Below the pieces are notes generated by a model that saw only the letters and a program-made list of their open reading frames with translations, did no database searches and was not told the origin of the DNA. The translations under genes and the position numbers were made by a program. From positions 1-62,107 of the IMG/VR virus record IMGVR_UViG_3300044832_000020: 62,107 bases of DNA; one strand, 5' to 3'. Shown one piece after another: positions 16,632 through 25,479 of this stretch. Position 1 is the stretch's first letter. The number at the start of each line of letters is the position of its first letter. The stretch is from a virus.

Positions 16632-16837
16632 CGAAAGGCCCTGGTCAGTAAGGGGTTTGCGGCTCTGACCTGCGGTTATATAACGCGGTAATACGCGCTA
16701 AAACGCAACAGAATGCCGGGTCCGTCCGCACGGCGTCCGCACGGAATAGGGGCCACAGGCTACGATCGCAAACGAGATCTCGCCGCCGGCGACCACGGGG
16801 GCCACCGGCGGCGAGATCTTATCGGGGGATCTTCAGA

Positions 16838-17017
16838 CTACCGGCGCCGACGTCGCGAGATCAGCAACACGCCGACCGCCACCGCCGGGATCGCCAGCAG
16901 CAGCGGGCAGCTCTTACCCTTCGCCGGCGGTTTGCCGCCGGCGCCGAGCCAGTCGATCAGTGCGTCGTCCTGGTCCTCGTCCCGTGGCTTGAACCACGGC
17001 TCATGCTTCGCCATCAT
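16838..17017 (-). CDS. tail-anchored small membrane protein (59 aa)
   Basis: MMAKHEPWFKPRDEDQDD...CPLLLAIPAVAVGVLLISRRRRR. GGAGG lies upstream of the ATG pair at 17017/17014. Confidence 0.5.
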   Translation of the reverse strand: MMAKHEPWFKPRDEDQDDALIDWLGAGGKPPAKGKSCPLLLAIPAVAVGVLLISRRRRR

Positions 17018-17063
17018 CGCCTCCGCTGACCAGCGTAACGTCAATGGCGTCTTGACAGTGAAG

Positions 17064-17225
17064 TTACGGCAAGACCTTCTGCCACGCCTGGATCATGAAC
17101 ACGGCAAAGCAGAGCGCCAGGCCGAGTGCGATCCAGTTGATCCGTGCCACCACGCCGAACGCTGCCAGCACGAAACAGATCACGCCGAGCAGGAACAGGA
17201 AGGCGAACAAAACCAAGAGTCCCAT
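17064..17225 (-). CDS. small two-helix membrane protein (53 aa)
   Basis: Own translation: MGLLVLFAFLFLLGVICFVLAAFGVVARINWIALGLALCFAVFMIQAWQKVLP. Strong SD gaggaggtgagtccgATG. Below the track cutoff. Confidence 0.55.
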   Translation of the reverse strand: MGLLVLFAFLFLLGVICFVLAAFGVVARINWIALGLALCFAVFMIQAWQKVLP

Positions 17226-17342
17226 CGGACTCACCTCCTCTCACAGTGCGTGTGGGCCACGCCAGGTCATCGCCTGCCGGGTCAGGACCAGTGCCCGCGT
17301 GTGATGCGTTGCCCTCGCGGGTCGGACGCGGCAGATCGTCAC

Positions 17343-17693
17343 CTAGACGAGGTCTTCGAGGATGCGGACGGCGATGTACCCGTTGTTGGGGAACGTCTGC
17401 TTGCGCCCACCCGGCCACGTTGCCTCATACTCGATCAGCAGGACGCCGGCGGTCGCGGTCTCGCCGGTCTGCCAGGTGTGTTTGATGACCGCTTTGGTGT
17501 GGTCGGACGGGTTGACGGTGATCACCATGTTGCCGCCGGTGTCGATGAACGCCGGCGTGACCACATCGCGCATCCGGGCGATCATCCGCCAGGAGCTGAC
17601 CGTCGTCAGGTCCGCGACCCCAGACCCGTCGGCGACGTCGGCGTACAGCGCCGGTTCGAGGTCGTTGCGCTTCGGACCCATCACCGTTGCCAC
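17343..17693 (-). CDS. tail-associated protein, BppU-N/Ig-like pattern (116 aa)
   Basis: The pattern ADLTTVSSWRMIARM...AVIKHTWQTGETATAGVLLIEYEATWPGGRKQTFP resembles baseplate upper protein N-domains. Last gene of the late operon. Confidence 0.45.
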   Translation of the reverse strand: MATVMGPKRNDLEPALYADVADGSGVADLTTVSSWRMIARMRDVVTPAFIDTGGNMVITVNPSDHTKAVIKHTWQTGETATAGVLLIEYEATWPGGRKQTFPNNGYIAVRILEDLV

Positions 17694-17695
17694 GG

Positions 17696-18079
17696 TCAGA
17701 CCAATTCCCCAGCGAGCCAGATCCGCAACCCCGGGTAATTCGACAGGCCCGTATATGTGCTCGGCACGCCGAAGTAGTCAGCCGCTCCCATGGTGACGGT
17801 GATGACGCCGTTGGACCCCCCGAAAACTGATGAAGGTCCATTCTTGAGTGAAGCCAGGTTCACCTGATTTCCCGGCCCCACGGCTGCCTCGAAGTCGCCG
17901 CCGTTGCCTCCGTAGGCCCAGGTTCCCGAGAGGCTGATACTCACCGCGTAATACGCAAAGCTGCTGAGGTGGATATCGGTGATGGTGAACGTCTTGCTGG
18001 CCGAGCTGGGGATGGTGAAGTTGTAGACGTTGCCAACGTTTCCGGTGATGAGCGGTAGCGCGAGCGTGATGACCGACAT
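17696..18079 (-). CDS. hypothetical fibre-associated protein (127 aa)
   Basis: Track ORF in a GC3-rich frame. Confidence 0.55.
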   Translation of the reverse strand: MSVITLALPLITGNVGNVYNFTIPSSASKTFTITDIHLSSFAYYAVSISLSGTWAYGGNGGDFEAAVGPGNQVNLASLKNGPSSVFGGSNGVITVTMGAADYFGVPSTYTGLSNYPGLRIWLAGELV

Positions 18080-18082
18080 TTT

Positions 18083-19012
18083 TTAGCCTCCTTGGTTGGG
18101 GATGAGCTGATACGTGTACTGGATGGAGTCGCCCGAGTTGACGTTGATCGCCGTAAACACCCGGTGGTCCCAGATCACCGGCCGGAATACGAGCGTGTCA
18201 GCGGCGACCGGGGCGGTGCCGGCAGCACCGGTCGCGGTCAAATACCAGGCGCCGACCGTTGCGACAGAGTTGCCTGCAGCATCGTTCGACAACACCAGGC
18301 CCCAGGAGACGCGGGTGACGTTCGTATTGTCGAGGATGGTATTGGCCTGCCCCTGCACCGTTGTCGATGACGCGGTGAGAGCACCGGTGACCGTACCGCT
18401 GGTGGCGCCGCCGGCGGTGAACGGCGATTTGGTCGCGTCCGTGAGCCCCGTGCCGCCGAGCGTTCCCAGGTTCCCGAACAAGCCCCACTCGGTGACAGCC
18501 TCGGTGCCGGTGTAGCTGATCGTGGCGACCGACTGATATTTCTGGGTGCCGGTGGTGCCGGTCCCGGCCGTCGTCGCCTGCACTAGCGATTGCGCACCGG
18601 TCACCCGAGTCTGACCGCCGAACGCGGACGGCGTTTGCAGCTTGATATCCGTGACCGCCGCCGCCGTGGTACCGGTCCCGGAGGCATGCGTGTTCGCGAG
18701 TCGGATGATGTTGATCGCGCCGGCGGATGGCGCCGGCCAGGCGAAGTCATTGGCCAGCGACAACACGCCGGCATCAGTGACCAGCCCGGAACCCAGCTCG
18801 CGGACGTCGATGATCTTGCCATCGCCGTCACGATGGATTGCCTGCAGCGTGCTGGAGAAATACTCACGCGCGAGCAGACCTCCCTCACCCTGATCGCGCG
18901 TGAAGCTGACCCGTCCGAGCCCGGGAATCCGGAGCGACCGTACCGGCTTCCTCTGTGGTGCGCGGATGACTCGCGTGCTGAGCTGTCCGCCCATCCCTAC
19001 CGATCCTTGCAT
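18083..19012 (-). CDS. putative tail fibre/receptor-binding protein (309 aa)
   Basis: Track ORF with a T/G/A-rich beta-type composition; SD gggaaggaa upstream. Confidence 0.55.
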   Translation of the reverse strand: MQGSVGMGGQLSTRVIRAPQRKPVRSLRIPGLGRVSFTRDQGEGGLLAREYFSSTLQAIHRDGDGKIIDVRELGSGLVTDAGVLSLANDFAWPAPSAGAINIIRLANTHASGTGTTAAAVTDIKLQTPSAFGGQTRVTGAQSLVQATTAGTGTTGTQKYQSVATISYTGTEAVTEWGLFGNLGTLGGTGLTDATKSPFTAGGATSGTVTGALTASSTTVQGQANTILDNTNVTRVSWGLVLSNDAAGNSVATVGAWYLTATGAAGTAPVAADTLVFRPVIWDHRVFTAINVNSGDSIQYTYQLIPNQGG

Positions 19013-19038
19013 GGTGGTTCCTTCCCTGGTTGGGCGAA

Positions 19039-22017
19039 CTACTCGCCGTCGCCGCTGGTCGACGTCGGCCGATCCGAGGCGTCGTTTTCGGTTGGCCGGG
19101 CTGCCCCCGTGGACGGCCCGCCGGCAACATCACCCGGGCTTGAACTGCTGCGGGCGCTGCCGCTGGAGGCAACGTTACGGATCGCCGCGAGCGCCTTCCG
19201 GGCTGCGACATAGGACGCGGCGCTGATCGTGGTCAGGACACCAGCGAACGGCAGCGAGGCGACGATCCGCTTGCTGATCCGCCGGGTCTGGCTGCTGGTG
19301 AATGACAGGCCGGCCGAGATCGCGTGACCAGTCCTGCGGGTCTGCGAGCTGGTGAATCCGACCGTGGCGGATAGCGCCTTGAACACGAGCCGGGTCGCCG
19401 ACAGCGAGCCGGTGAACCCAACAGTCGCGTTGAGCGCCTTGGTGAAGAGGTGAACCGCGACCGTGGCCAGGTTGCCGGTGGACCCGAGTGTCGCGCTGAG
19501 CCCCTTCGAGATCCGGCGCGCCTGGCTGGACGTGAACGACACCGTCGCAGCGAGCTGCTTACCGATCAGCCGGGTCTGCGAGCTGGTGAATCCCAGCCCG
19601 CCGGCGCCGAGCTGCTTGGCGACCCGGCGAGTCTGCGAGCTGGTGAATCCGACGGTCGCGCCGGCCACGATCTTGGCGACCCGGCGAGTCTGCGAGCTGG
19701 TGAATCCGAGGGTCGCGTTGAGCGCCTGCGTGAAGACATGCACGGCACTGGTTGCCAGGCTGCCGGTGAACCCCACAGTCGCGTTGAGCGCCTGGGTGTA
19801 GTGATGCACTGCGAGCGCCGACATGGAGCCGGTAAACGACAACGTCGCGCTGATCCCTTTGGCGACCAGGCGGGCCTGCGAGCTGGTGAACCCGACAGTT
19901 GCCGAGATCCCCTTGGCGACCCGGCGAGTCTGCGAGCTGGTGAACCCGACAGCCGCCGCCATGGCCACCTTGGCGATCGCCCGGGTCTGGCTGCTGGTAA
20001 ACCCCACAGAGCCGGCGAGCCCCTTGACAACACGCCGGCTCTGCGAGCTAGTGAACCCGAGCGTCGCACTGAGCGCCTGGGCGAAAAGGTGGGCGCTGGT
20101 CCGGCTGCCGGTGAACGACAGTGTGGCCGAGATCCCCTTGGCGACGCTCCGGGCCTGCGAGCTGGTCCAGCCGATCGTCGCGCCGGCCACGGTCTTGGCG
20201 GTCCGCCGGGTCTGCGAGCTGGTGAACGACACGGAGCCGGCGCCGAGCTGCTTGGAGGTCCGTAGAGTCTGGCTGCTGGTGAACGACAAGGTCGCGTTGA
20301 GCGCCTGGGTGAAGAGGGTCCCGCCGTGGGTGAGGAACGTAGCGATCGAGCCGGTAAAGCTGAGCGTCGCGTTGATCAGCTTGCTGGTCAGGAAAGCATC
20401 GCTGGACGTGAACGACAGGATGGCGCCGGGCAGCGTCTTGCGGGTCTGGATCGTCAACGGGTCAGAGCCGGACGGGATCAAGTACAGCAGGCCCATGGCC
20501 GCGTGCGAGGCAGCTTGCCCGGTCGCGGTATACGTGTGGCCGGCCTGGGTCACAGCGCCATTGGAGTCGGCGACCTCGATCCCCACGAACGGCGTCCCGG
20601 TGTAAACGGCGTCGACCCGCTCGACCAGTGCCGCGTCGGGCGTGAAGGCGACGGCCGACGTCGTACCGCGAGCACCGAACAGGCCCACGGCCCACCGGTT
20701 GGTGCCGGTCGGGGTCGCCGTCGCCGTGGCGTAGGTCGTGATCGAGCCGGCGCTCCGGGTCGCCCAGGTCAGATTCTCGAACGGGACAGTGGTGTCCACG
20801 CCCGGCCACGAGATCGGCACCCACTGGTTCTTGGTGGAAAACGTCCAGTTGGTCGCGTCGGTGATCGTAACCGTGGTGTCGGTCGACTGCTTGACCTTCC
20901 AGAAGGCGACCATCCGGCAAGATGCCACACCGGTCGCGCCCTCGAACGTCTGGCCGGCATTGGTCCAGCCAGCCGGCGCAGTGATGTTGCCCAGCTCGGC
21001 GTCACCGAGGAAGCCGAAGATCCAGCAGACCTGCCCGTTGGTCGCGCCCGAGACGTCGACCGTGGTGGACGTGCCGGCGGTGCCGGCGACGTTGCCCCCG
21101 ACAGCGGTCCCCACCCACGGGGCGCTGATGCTGCTGCCGGTGCTGGCGAACCCGAGAGTCGCGCTGAGCGGCTGGGTGTAAGCCTGGATGGCGTAGCGAT
21201 CCCCGAGCGTGACCTGGCTGGCCAGGGCCATCGGGGTCGGTGGCAGGAGTGACGAGAATCCGAGGGGCAGAGCCGGCGCGAGTCGATCGACTGCTGCACC
21301 GCCGGCGCCTGCTGGCATGAACTCGACCAGCGCCATGGAGCCGGGGCTGGTTATATTGCAGGTAACTCCCAGAGTGGTCGCGCCCGGGGAGGATGTGAGC
21401 GCTGTCTGCTTGAAAGCGCCCGTCGCGGTCCCATCACCGGGACCATTGTCCCATTGGGCCAATACCGTGCTGGCAGCAGCAGCGGTGAAGGTCGCCGAAC
21501 TAAAGCTGGTGGTGCTCTCATCGACAATGCCAGCAACGTACGAGCCCACAGCCGTCGTGGTGATCGAGGTGGTGTAGGCGTTTGTGGAGGCTTTGCTCAC
21601 AGGCACCGTGGCGCCGGTCGGGGTGGTCATGTCGACCCCGGTCAGCGTCTTGATGTAGATGAACTGGTCGAACCCTCCGGTGGCGTCGACAACCCGAACC
21701 GAGATACTCCCGGGAGCGGAGACGAACTTCCGGTAGGCCACCGTCGAGCACCCGTTGTTAGTTCCCGAGCCGAGCCCCTCCACCTTCGTCCAGGTGGTGG
21801 CGTTGGCGTCGGACGAGTCGGTGACAGTCAGCGCGCTAGGGCTGGAATCCCACCCGAGCGAGGTCATGCAGACCACCACGCTGTTTGCCGGCGGGCTGAA
21901 TGCTCCGGTGGTAAGGGTTCCGGAGGCGCCCGGCATAAGGAGAGGGTTGGTGCCAGACGGGGTGCCGGTACCGGTCCCCGTCGTGGTCGGTGCAGCGGCA
22001 TCCTCAACGATCGCCAT
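19039..22017 (-). CDS. large repeat-containing fibre-like protein (992 aa)
   Basis: N-terminal duplicated beta-sandwich-like regions, then about 25-30 tandem units of the type GFTSSQTRRVAKxxxAxV and FTGSxxxxAVHxFTQALNATxG. SD gggagggg upstream. Confidence 0.75.
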   Translation of the reverse strand: MAIVEDAAAPTTTGTGTGTPSGTNPLLMPGASGTLTTGAFSPPANSVVVCMTSLGWDSSPSALTVTDSSDANATTWTKVEGLGSGTNNGCSTVAYRKFVSAPGSISVRVVDATGGFDQFIYIKTLTGVDMTTPTGATVPVSKASTNAYTTSITTTAVGSYVAGIVDESTTSFSSATFTAAAASTVLAQWDNGPGDGTATGAFKQTALTSSPGATTLGVTCNITSPGSMALVEFMPAGAGGAAVDRLAPALPLGFSSLLPPTPMALASQVTLGDRYAIQAYTQPLSATLGFASTGSSISAPWVGTAVGGNVAGTAGTSTTVDVSGATNGQVCWIFGFLGDAELGNITAPAGWTNAGQTFEGATGVASCRMVAFWKVKQSTDTTVTITDATNWTFSTKNQWVPISWPGVDTTVPFENLTWATRSAGSITTYATATATPTGTNRWAVGLFGARGTTSAVAFTPDAALVERVDAVYTGTPFVGIEVADSNGAVTQAGHTYTATGQAASHAAMGLLYLIPSGSDPLTIQTRKTLPGAILSFTSSDAFLTSKLINATLSFTGSIATFLTHGGTLFTQALNATLSFTSSQTLRTSKQLGAGSVSFTSSQTRRTAKTVAGATIGWTSSQARSVAKGISATLSFTGSRTSAHLFAQALSATLGFTSSQSRRVVKGLAGSVGFTSSQTRAIAKVAMAAAVGFTSSQTRRVAKGISATVGFTSSQARLVAKGISATLSFTGSMSALAVHHYTQALNATVGFTGSLATSAVHVFTQALNATLGFTSSQTRRVAKIVAGATVGFTSSQTRRVAKQLGAGGLGFTSSQTRLIGKQLAATVSFTSSQARRISKGLSATLGSTGNLATVAVHLFTKALNATVGFTGSLSATRLVFKALSATVGFTSSQTRRTGHAISAGLSFTSSQTRRISKRIVASLPFAGVLTTISAASYVAARKALAAIRNVASSGSARSSSSPGDVAGGPSTGAARPTENDASDRPTSTSGDGE
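19230..20470 (-). repeat. in-frame tandem coding repeats (about 51 and 66 nt units)
   Basis: Recurring ctgcgagctggtgaa / ctggctgctggtgaa blocks on the plus strand. Confidence 0.8.
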
Positions 22018-22050
22018 GCCGTGCCCCTCCCTTCAGCAGTGAGGGAAGGG

Positions 22051-22614
22051 TTAGATCTGGGTCAACTCTTCGACCGAAAACCCGTGCAGGACAACGATGT
22101 TAGACGCCGACTGCGCCGAGAAGGCGGCATTTAGCGTGAACACTGAGGCGACCGTGGTGTCAATGCCGACCGTGGCAATCGCGATCTGCGGAAGACACTG
22201 GATGGTCACCGTGCCGGTCACGCTGGTGGTGTTGTAGGTCAGGTGCCCGTGAGTTACCGCCAGGCCGGCCGCCACCAACCCCGTGTCTCGGACGACCGTC
22301 AGGGTCTCCCACTTCCACGGCAGGGTGGTCACGGTTGAGGTGGCGATTGCGTTTGACGTGCAGAGCGTCGTGGCCGCAAGAGTCAGGCTAAAGGTCAAGG
22401 TCGGCGTGCCGGTACTGCTAAAGGTGCCGAACGCGGTCGTCTTGAGCATCGTGCCGGTCTTGAGATAGTTGGCCGGGATGACCAGCGGTGGATTCAGCGG
22501 CGCGACGTTGCCCTTGTAGATATCCACGGCGGTCGCAGCGGCACCGTTGTTCGTGGTCGACACGGCCAGCAGTGGCTCGGACAGCTCATTCGCGTAGCTC
22601 TGGCGCAGTGGCAT
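22051..22614 (-). CDS. hypothetical structural protein (187 aa)
   Basis: Track ORF; SD aaaggga upstream. Confidence 0.55.
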   Translation of the reverse strand: MPLRQSYANELSEPLLAVSTTNNGAAATAVDIYKGNVAPLNPPLVIPANYLKTGTMLKTTAFGTFSSTGTPTLTFSLTLAATTLCTSNAIATSTVTTLPWKWETLTVVRDTGLVAAGLAVTHGHLTYNTTSVTGTVTIQCLPQIAIATVGIDTTVASVFTLNAAFSAQSASNIVVLHGFSVEELTQI

Positions 22615-22625
22615 GGAATCCCTTT

Positions 22626-23255
22626 CTAGGGCCGGGTGGCGATGAGGATGGAGACAGCCACGGCCACGGTCGCCACGATAACGCTGGCCAGCAGATACAT
22701 GCTGTTGATTGCGGTCCGGGAACGGTTCCGCTCATCGCTGACGCCCATCCGCTGAGCCTCGATCGCCGCGAGCCGTTCCTTGTTGGCGTCGATCTTGTCA
22801 GCCAGCGCGTCGGTCTGGGTTTTCACCAGCTCGGCCAGCTTGGCGATCGTCTCTGCCGTGCTGGTCTCTGACTTGCTGATGGCCAGCGTGTTGGACTGGT
22901 TCTGCTGCGCCGCGATTTCCTTCTGGGCCGCGAACGCCGCATCGACCGCGATCTTGTTGTCCCGGCTCTCGCGCTCGGAGCGGGTGTCGCGTTCCTTGAA
23001 CTGCAGGGCGATGGAGTCAAACTTCTCTTCCATCAGCTCGCGGACGTTCCCGATCGCGACCTGGACGACGGTCGGCGTCCGGTTCACGGTCTCGTTGAGC
23101 ACCACGGTGGCCCGGTCAATGCCGTTGAGTCGCTCTTTCAGGATATCTAGCTGGCCGTCGACGTAGTCACGTTCGGCGATGCGTTCACGGTCGCGGGCGG
23201 CGGCGTCGATCGCTCCCTGCAGTGGCTCGGACGGTTCACGCTCATCATTAGGCAT
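22626..23255 (-). CDS. coiled-coil protein with C-terminal transmembrane anchor (209 aa); possible lysis accessory
   Basis: Long charged heptad-like region, then MYLLASVIVATVAVAVSILIA. 8-nt overlap with the nuclease gene. Confidence 0.55.
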   Translation of the reverse strand: MPNDEREPSEPLQGAIDAAARDRERIAERDYVDGQLDILKERLNGIDRATVVLNETVNRTPTVVQVAIGNVRELMEEKFDSIALQFKERDTRSERESRDNKIAVDAAFAAQKEIAAQQNQSNTLAISKSETSTAETIAKLAELVKTQTDALADKIDANKERLAAIEAQRMGVSDERNRSRTAINSMYLLASVIVATVAVAVSILIATRP

Positions 23256-23667
23256 TGCCCCCAGCCCCTATTCGCTTGCCGCCGTCGTACGGCTTGGCCT
23301 GGCCGGACGCCAGTAGCGCCTCGTTGATGTTGACCGGGTCGACGCCCAGCCCGCCCGGCTTGATGATCGTGCCGAGATACCGCCCATATTTCTCGGTGTG
23401 ATCCTTCTCGGTCCGTAGGATGACGACCGTGCCGACCGGCAGCGCGGCGGCCAGCCAGGCGCGAACATCCTTGCCGGCTTGCGTCGACAGCTCGGGTGCG
23501 TCCAGCCCGTTGAGCCGGATCGACATGTCGTGGTGAATGTCGAACCCGAGATCGACCCGGAGCCAGAGGGTGTCGCCATCGTGGACAGGGTCGATCTCGG
23601 TCACCTTCGGGCCGGCGGGCGTCATCGTGATCTGGGTCCGGACCACCACCGCCTGGTATTCGTACAT
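23248..23667 (-). CDS. staphylococcal-nuclease-like thermonuclease (139 aa)
   Basis: DGDTLWLRV, IRLNGLDAPE, EKYGRYLG and NINEALLASGQAKPY match SNase motifs. ATG 23667 overlaps the holin stop. Confidence 0.7.
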   Translation of the reverse strand: MYEYQAVVVRTQITMTPAGPKVTEIDPVHDGDTLWLRVDLGFDIHHDMSIRLNGLDAPELSTQAGKDVRAWLAAALPVGTVVILRTEKDHTEKYGRYLGTIIKPGGLGVDPVNINEALLASGQAKPYDGGKRIGAGGNA

Positions 23668-23972
23668 CAGACGACCGGCGGCGGCGCGGCCTTGGTGACG
23701 TCGACGGCGTGACCTTCCTTGGTGGCGCCTGGCGCTGCGGGGCCGGCGACCAGCTTGCCGGACGGGAGCACCCGGGCCGCCACGGCGGCGAACGGTGTCA
23801 CCACGCCGTTGACGTAGACGCCCCAGCCGACCGTGATCGTTGCGACCAGCAAGGATGCGAGCCCGGACACCCACGGCGGAACGGTGTCGATGAACGCGGT
23901 GCCGGCGACGAACACGTTCGCGCCGGCCAGGACGCTGGCCATCACGAGGACTGGCTTTGATTGAGTAGCCAT
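23667..23972 (-). CDS. holin-like membrane protein (101 aa)
   Basis: MATQSKPVLVMASVLAGANVFVAGTAF...LASLLVATITVGWGVYV gives two TM helices, directly after the endolysin genes. Confidence 0.55.
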   Translation of the reverse strand: MATQSKPVLVMASVLAGANVFVAGTAFIDTVPPWVSGLASLLVATITVGWGVYVNGVVTPFAAVAARVLPSGKLVAGPAAPGATKEGHAVDVTKAAPPPVV

Positions 23973-23983
23973 CGGTGCAACCC

Positions 23984-24496
23984 CTATCTGGTACATGTGA
24001 TCCCCGCCGGCACTGTGCCGGTCAGATATTTGAGTGCCGCCTTGAACGAGTCGCAGCGGTAACCGTCCTCGACGCCGGGCGGGTAGCCGATCGCGCCGTT
24101 GACCTTGCCCATCTGCAGGGCGTCGGCGAACGGGTTGATATGGCGGGCAACGGTCCAGTACCACTTGGCGATCTTCGCGCTCCAGTCGAGCGACAGCGCC
24201 AGGTCTGGACTCCCCTGCAGGTCGATGCCGAGGAACGTGCCAGCCGCGCGGTAGTTGTCTACGCCGGTGAGCTGGATGTAACCACGGCCGGCGTAGGTGG
24301 CTGTGCTGGAGTGCTGGTGGATGTTGTAGAGGAACGCGGACTCATGCGCGAGCGTGGCCAGGAACGCGGCGATGCGGCGCGGCGTGATGATCCCGGCGGC
24401 GACCATCTGCGCGTTCAAGCTGGGTAGCCCCTGGCTGACGATCGCGTCGTTCCCTACCCGGCCAGGGAACATGGCGTGCAGATCGGCCAGGGTCAC
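23984..24496 (-). CDS. endolysin, glycoside hydrolase family 19 (chitinase-like) domain (170 aa)
   Basis: AAFLATLAHESAFLYNIHQH...YAGRGYIQLTGVDNY is a GH19-type signature. GTG 24496 overlaps the amidase stop (GTGA). Confidence 0.65.
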   Translation of the reverse strand: MTLADLHAMFPGRVGNDAIVSQGLPSLNAQMVAAGIITPRRIAAFLATLAHESAFLYNIHQHSSTATYAGRGYIQLTGVDNYRAAGTFLGIDLQGSPDLALSLDWSAKIAKWYWTVARHINPFADALQMGKVNGAIGYPPGVEDGYRCDSFKAALKYLTGTVPAGITCTR

Positions 24497-25377
24497 ACTT
24501 TTGGGGGCACCACCGGTGGCGGGGTGACGACGGGCACGAGCGCCTGGACTGCCGCCGTGAGGGTCGCGAGATCGGCCCGGATCGCGGTCACCGCATCCTG
24601 GGTCTGCGACCAGCGCTGGCCGGCCAGGGCGTCGCGCGTGTCGGTCCGGGCGTCGAGCGCGCCGAGTGCCGTGGTGAGATCGGCGACCTTGAGCTGAATG
24701 TCGTTGGTGTCGTTCTGCAGGGCGGCGTACCGCATGCCTTCGGCGCCGGCGGTCGCCTCGTAGCCGGCCATCGCGGTAAGGATCTGCTGGACTTCTGCTG
24801 CTGACATGGGTTGGTCTCCCGCCGTTCCGTTGATGATGTTGGCTTCGTTGTGGACCATCGCGATGAACGCGACCCACGGGAAGTATGGCCCCGGGTCCCA
24901 ATGGGTCGACTGGCCGAACGCCAGCGAGACCTCGTTGTGACCGCAGATCCCGTGTTTGCCGGCGCGCAGGTCAGCGACTGACAGCCGCACGATCGGCACC
25001 CCGTACTGGATGGCTTTCTGGGCCACCAGCTTGGCGGTGATCTTCATCATGGCGACGTGGTTGGGCAGGATCCAGTGACCTTTGCCCTGGTTCGCCAGTG
25101 AACACTCCATCTCGATCCCGATCGAGTGCGGGTTCGGCGGCGCGTGCCAGCAGACGACGTTGTCGCGAGCGCACTGGATCGCCTTGCCCGGGTCGGTGAT
25201 GTAGTGCGCCGACCCGCCGGCGGCAGCGGTCTGGAAGTACTTCGCGGTGCCGGTCGCGTTCCCGCCGTCGGTGCCGACGGTGCAGTGGATGACGATCCGG
25301 GTCAGCGGCAGGTTGCCGGTCCCCGAGCTGTGAGCGACCGGGCCGTAATACGGCAGGGTCGGCGGTGTGTACGCCAT
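24493..25377 (-). CDS. endolysin, N-acetylmuramoyl-L-alanine amidase (PGRP/Amidase_2) with coiled C-terminal part
   Basis: IVIHCTVG...SAHYITD...WHAPPNPHSIGIEMEC...ICGHNEV...THWDPG. ATG 25377 with GGAGG 9 nt upstream. Confidence 0.75.
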   Translation of the reverse strand: MAYTPPTLPYYGPVAHSSGTGNLPLTRIVIHCTVGTDGGNATGTAKYFQTAAAGGSAHYITDPGKAIQCARDNVVCWHAPPNPHSIGIEMECSLANQGKGHWILPNHVAMMKITAKLVAQKAIQYGVPIVRLSVADLRAGKHGICGHNEVSLAFGQSTHWDPGPYFPWVAFIAMVHNEANIINGTAGDQPMSAAEVQQILTAMAGYEATAGAEGMRYAALQNDTNDIQLKVADLTTALGALDARTDTRDALAGQRWSQTQDAVTAIRADLATLTAAVQALVPVVTPPPVVPPKV

Positions 25378-25396
25378 TCTGAGCGCCTCCAAGGGT

Positions 25397-25479
25397 GGGT
25401 AGATGCGATGACACGCGAGCAGTACTGCCGACCCGGGAGGGGCTTCACCGGTGACGGGCCAGCCTGCGCTGGGGGTTAC
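25397..25479. repeat. about 83-nt intergenic element, copy A (about 90 percent identical to 26398..26482)
   Basis: Aligned by eye. It starts at the stop codon of the upstream minus-strand gene and contains the motif at 25425..25459. Confidence 0.85.

Larger units (their letters stand above)
16488..16745. other. attP-like region with nested direct repeats
   Basis: 25-nt repeats tccgtccgcaYggcgtccgcacgga at 16488 and 16721. 19-nt repeats gctctgacctgcggttata at 16560 and 16662. These flank a tRNA 3-prime fragment. The integrase lies about 0.8 kb upstream. Confidence 0.7.

Noticed and set aside
16575-16650. A complete tRNA gene on the minus strand
   Set aside because: Only the anticodon arm, variable loop, T arm and 3-prime acceptor strand are present. 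The upstream sequence lacks a D arm and a complementary 5-prime acceptor strand. I interpret it as an attP core.
19230-20470. CRISPR-like or satellite repeat array
   Set aside because: The repeats are in frame inside a 992-aa GC3-rich ORF, there are no unique spacers of regular length, and the units vary in a codon-preserving way.
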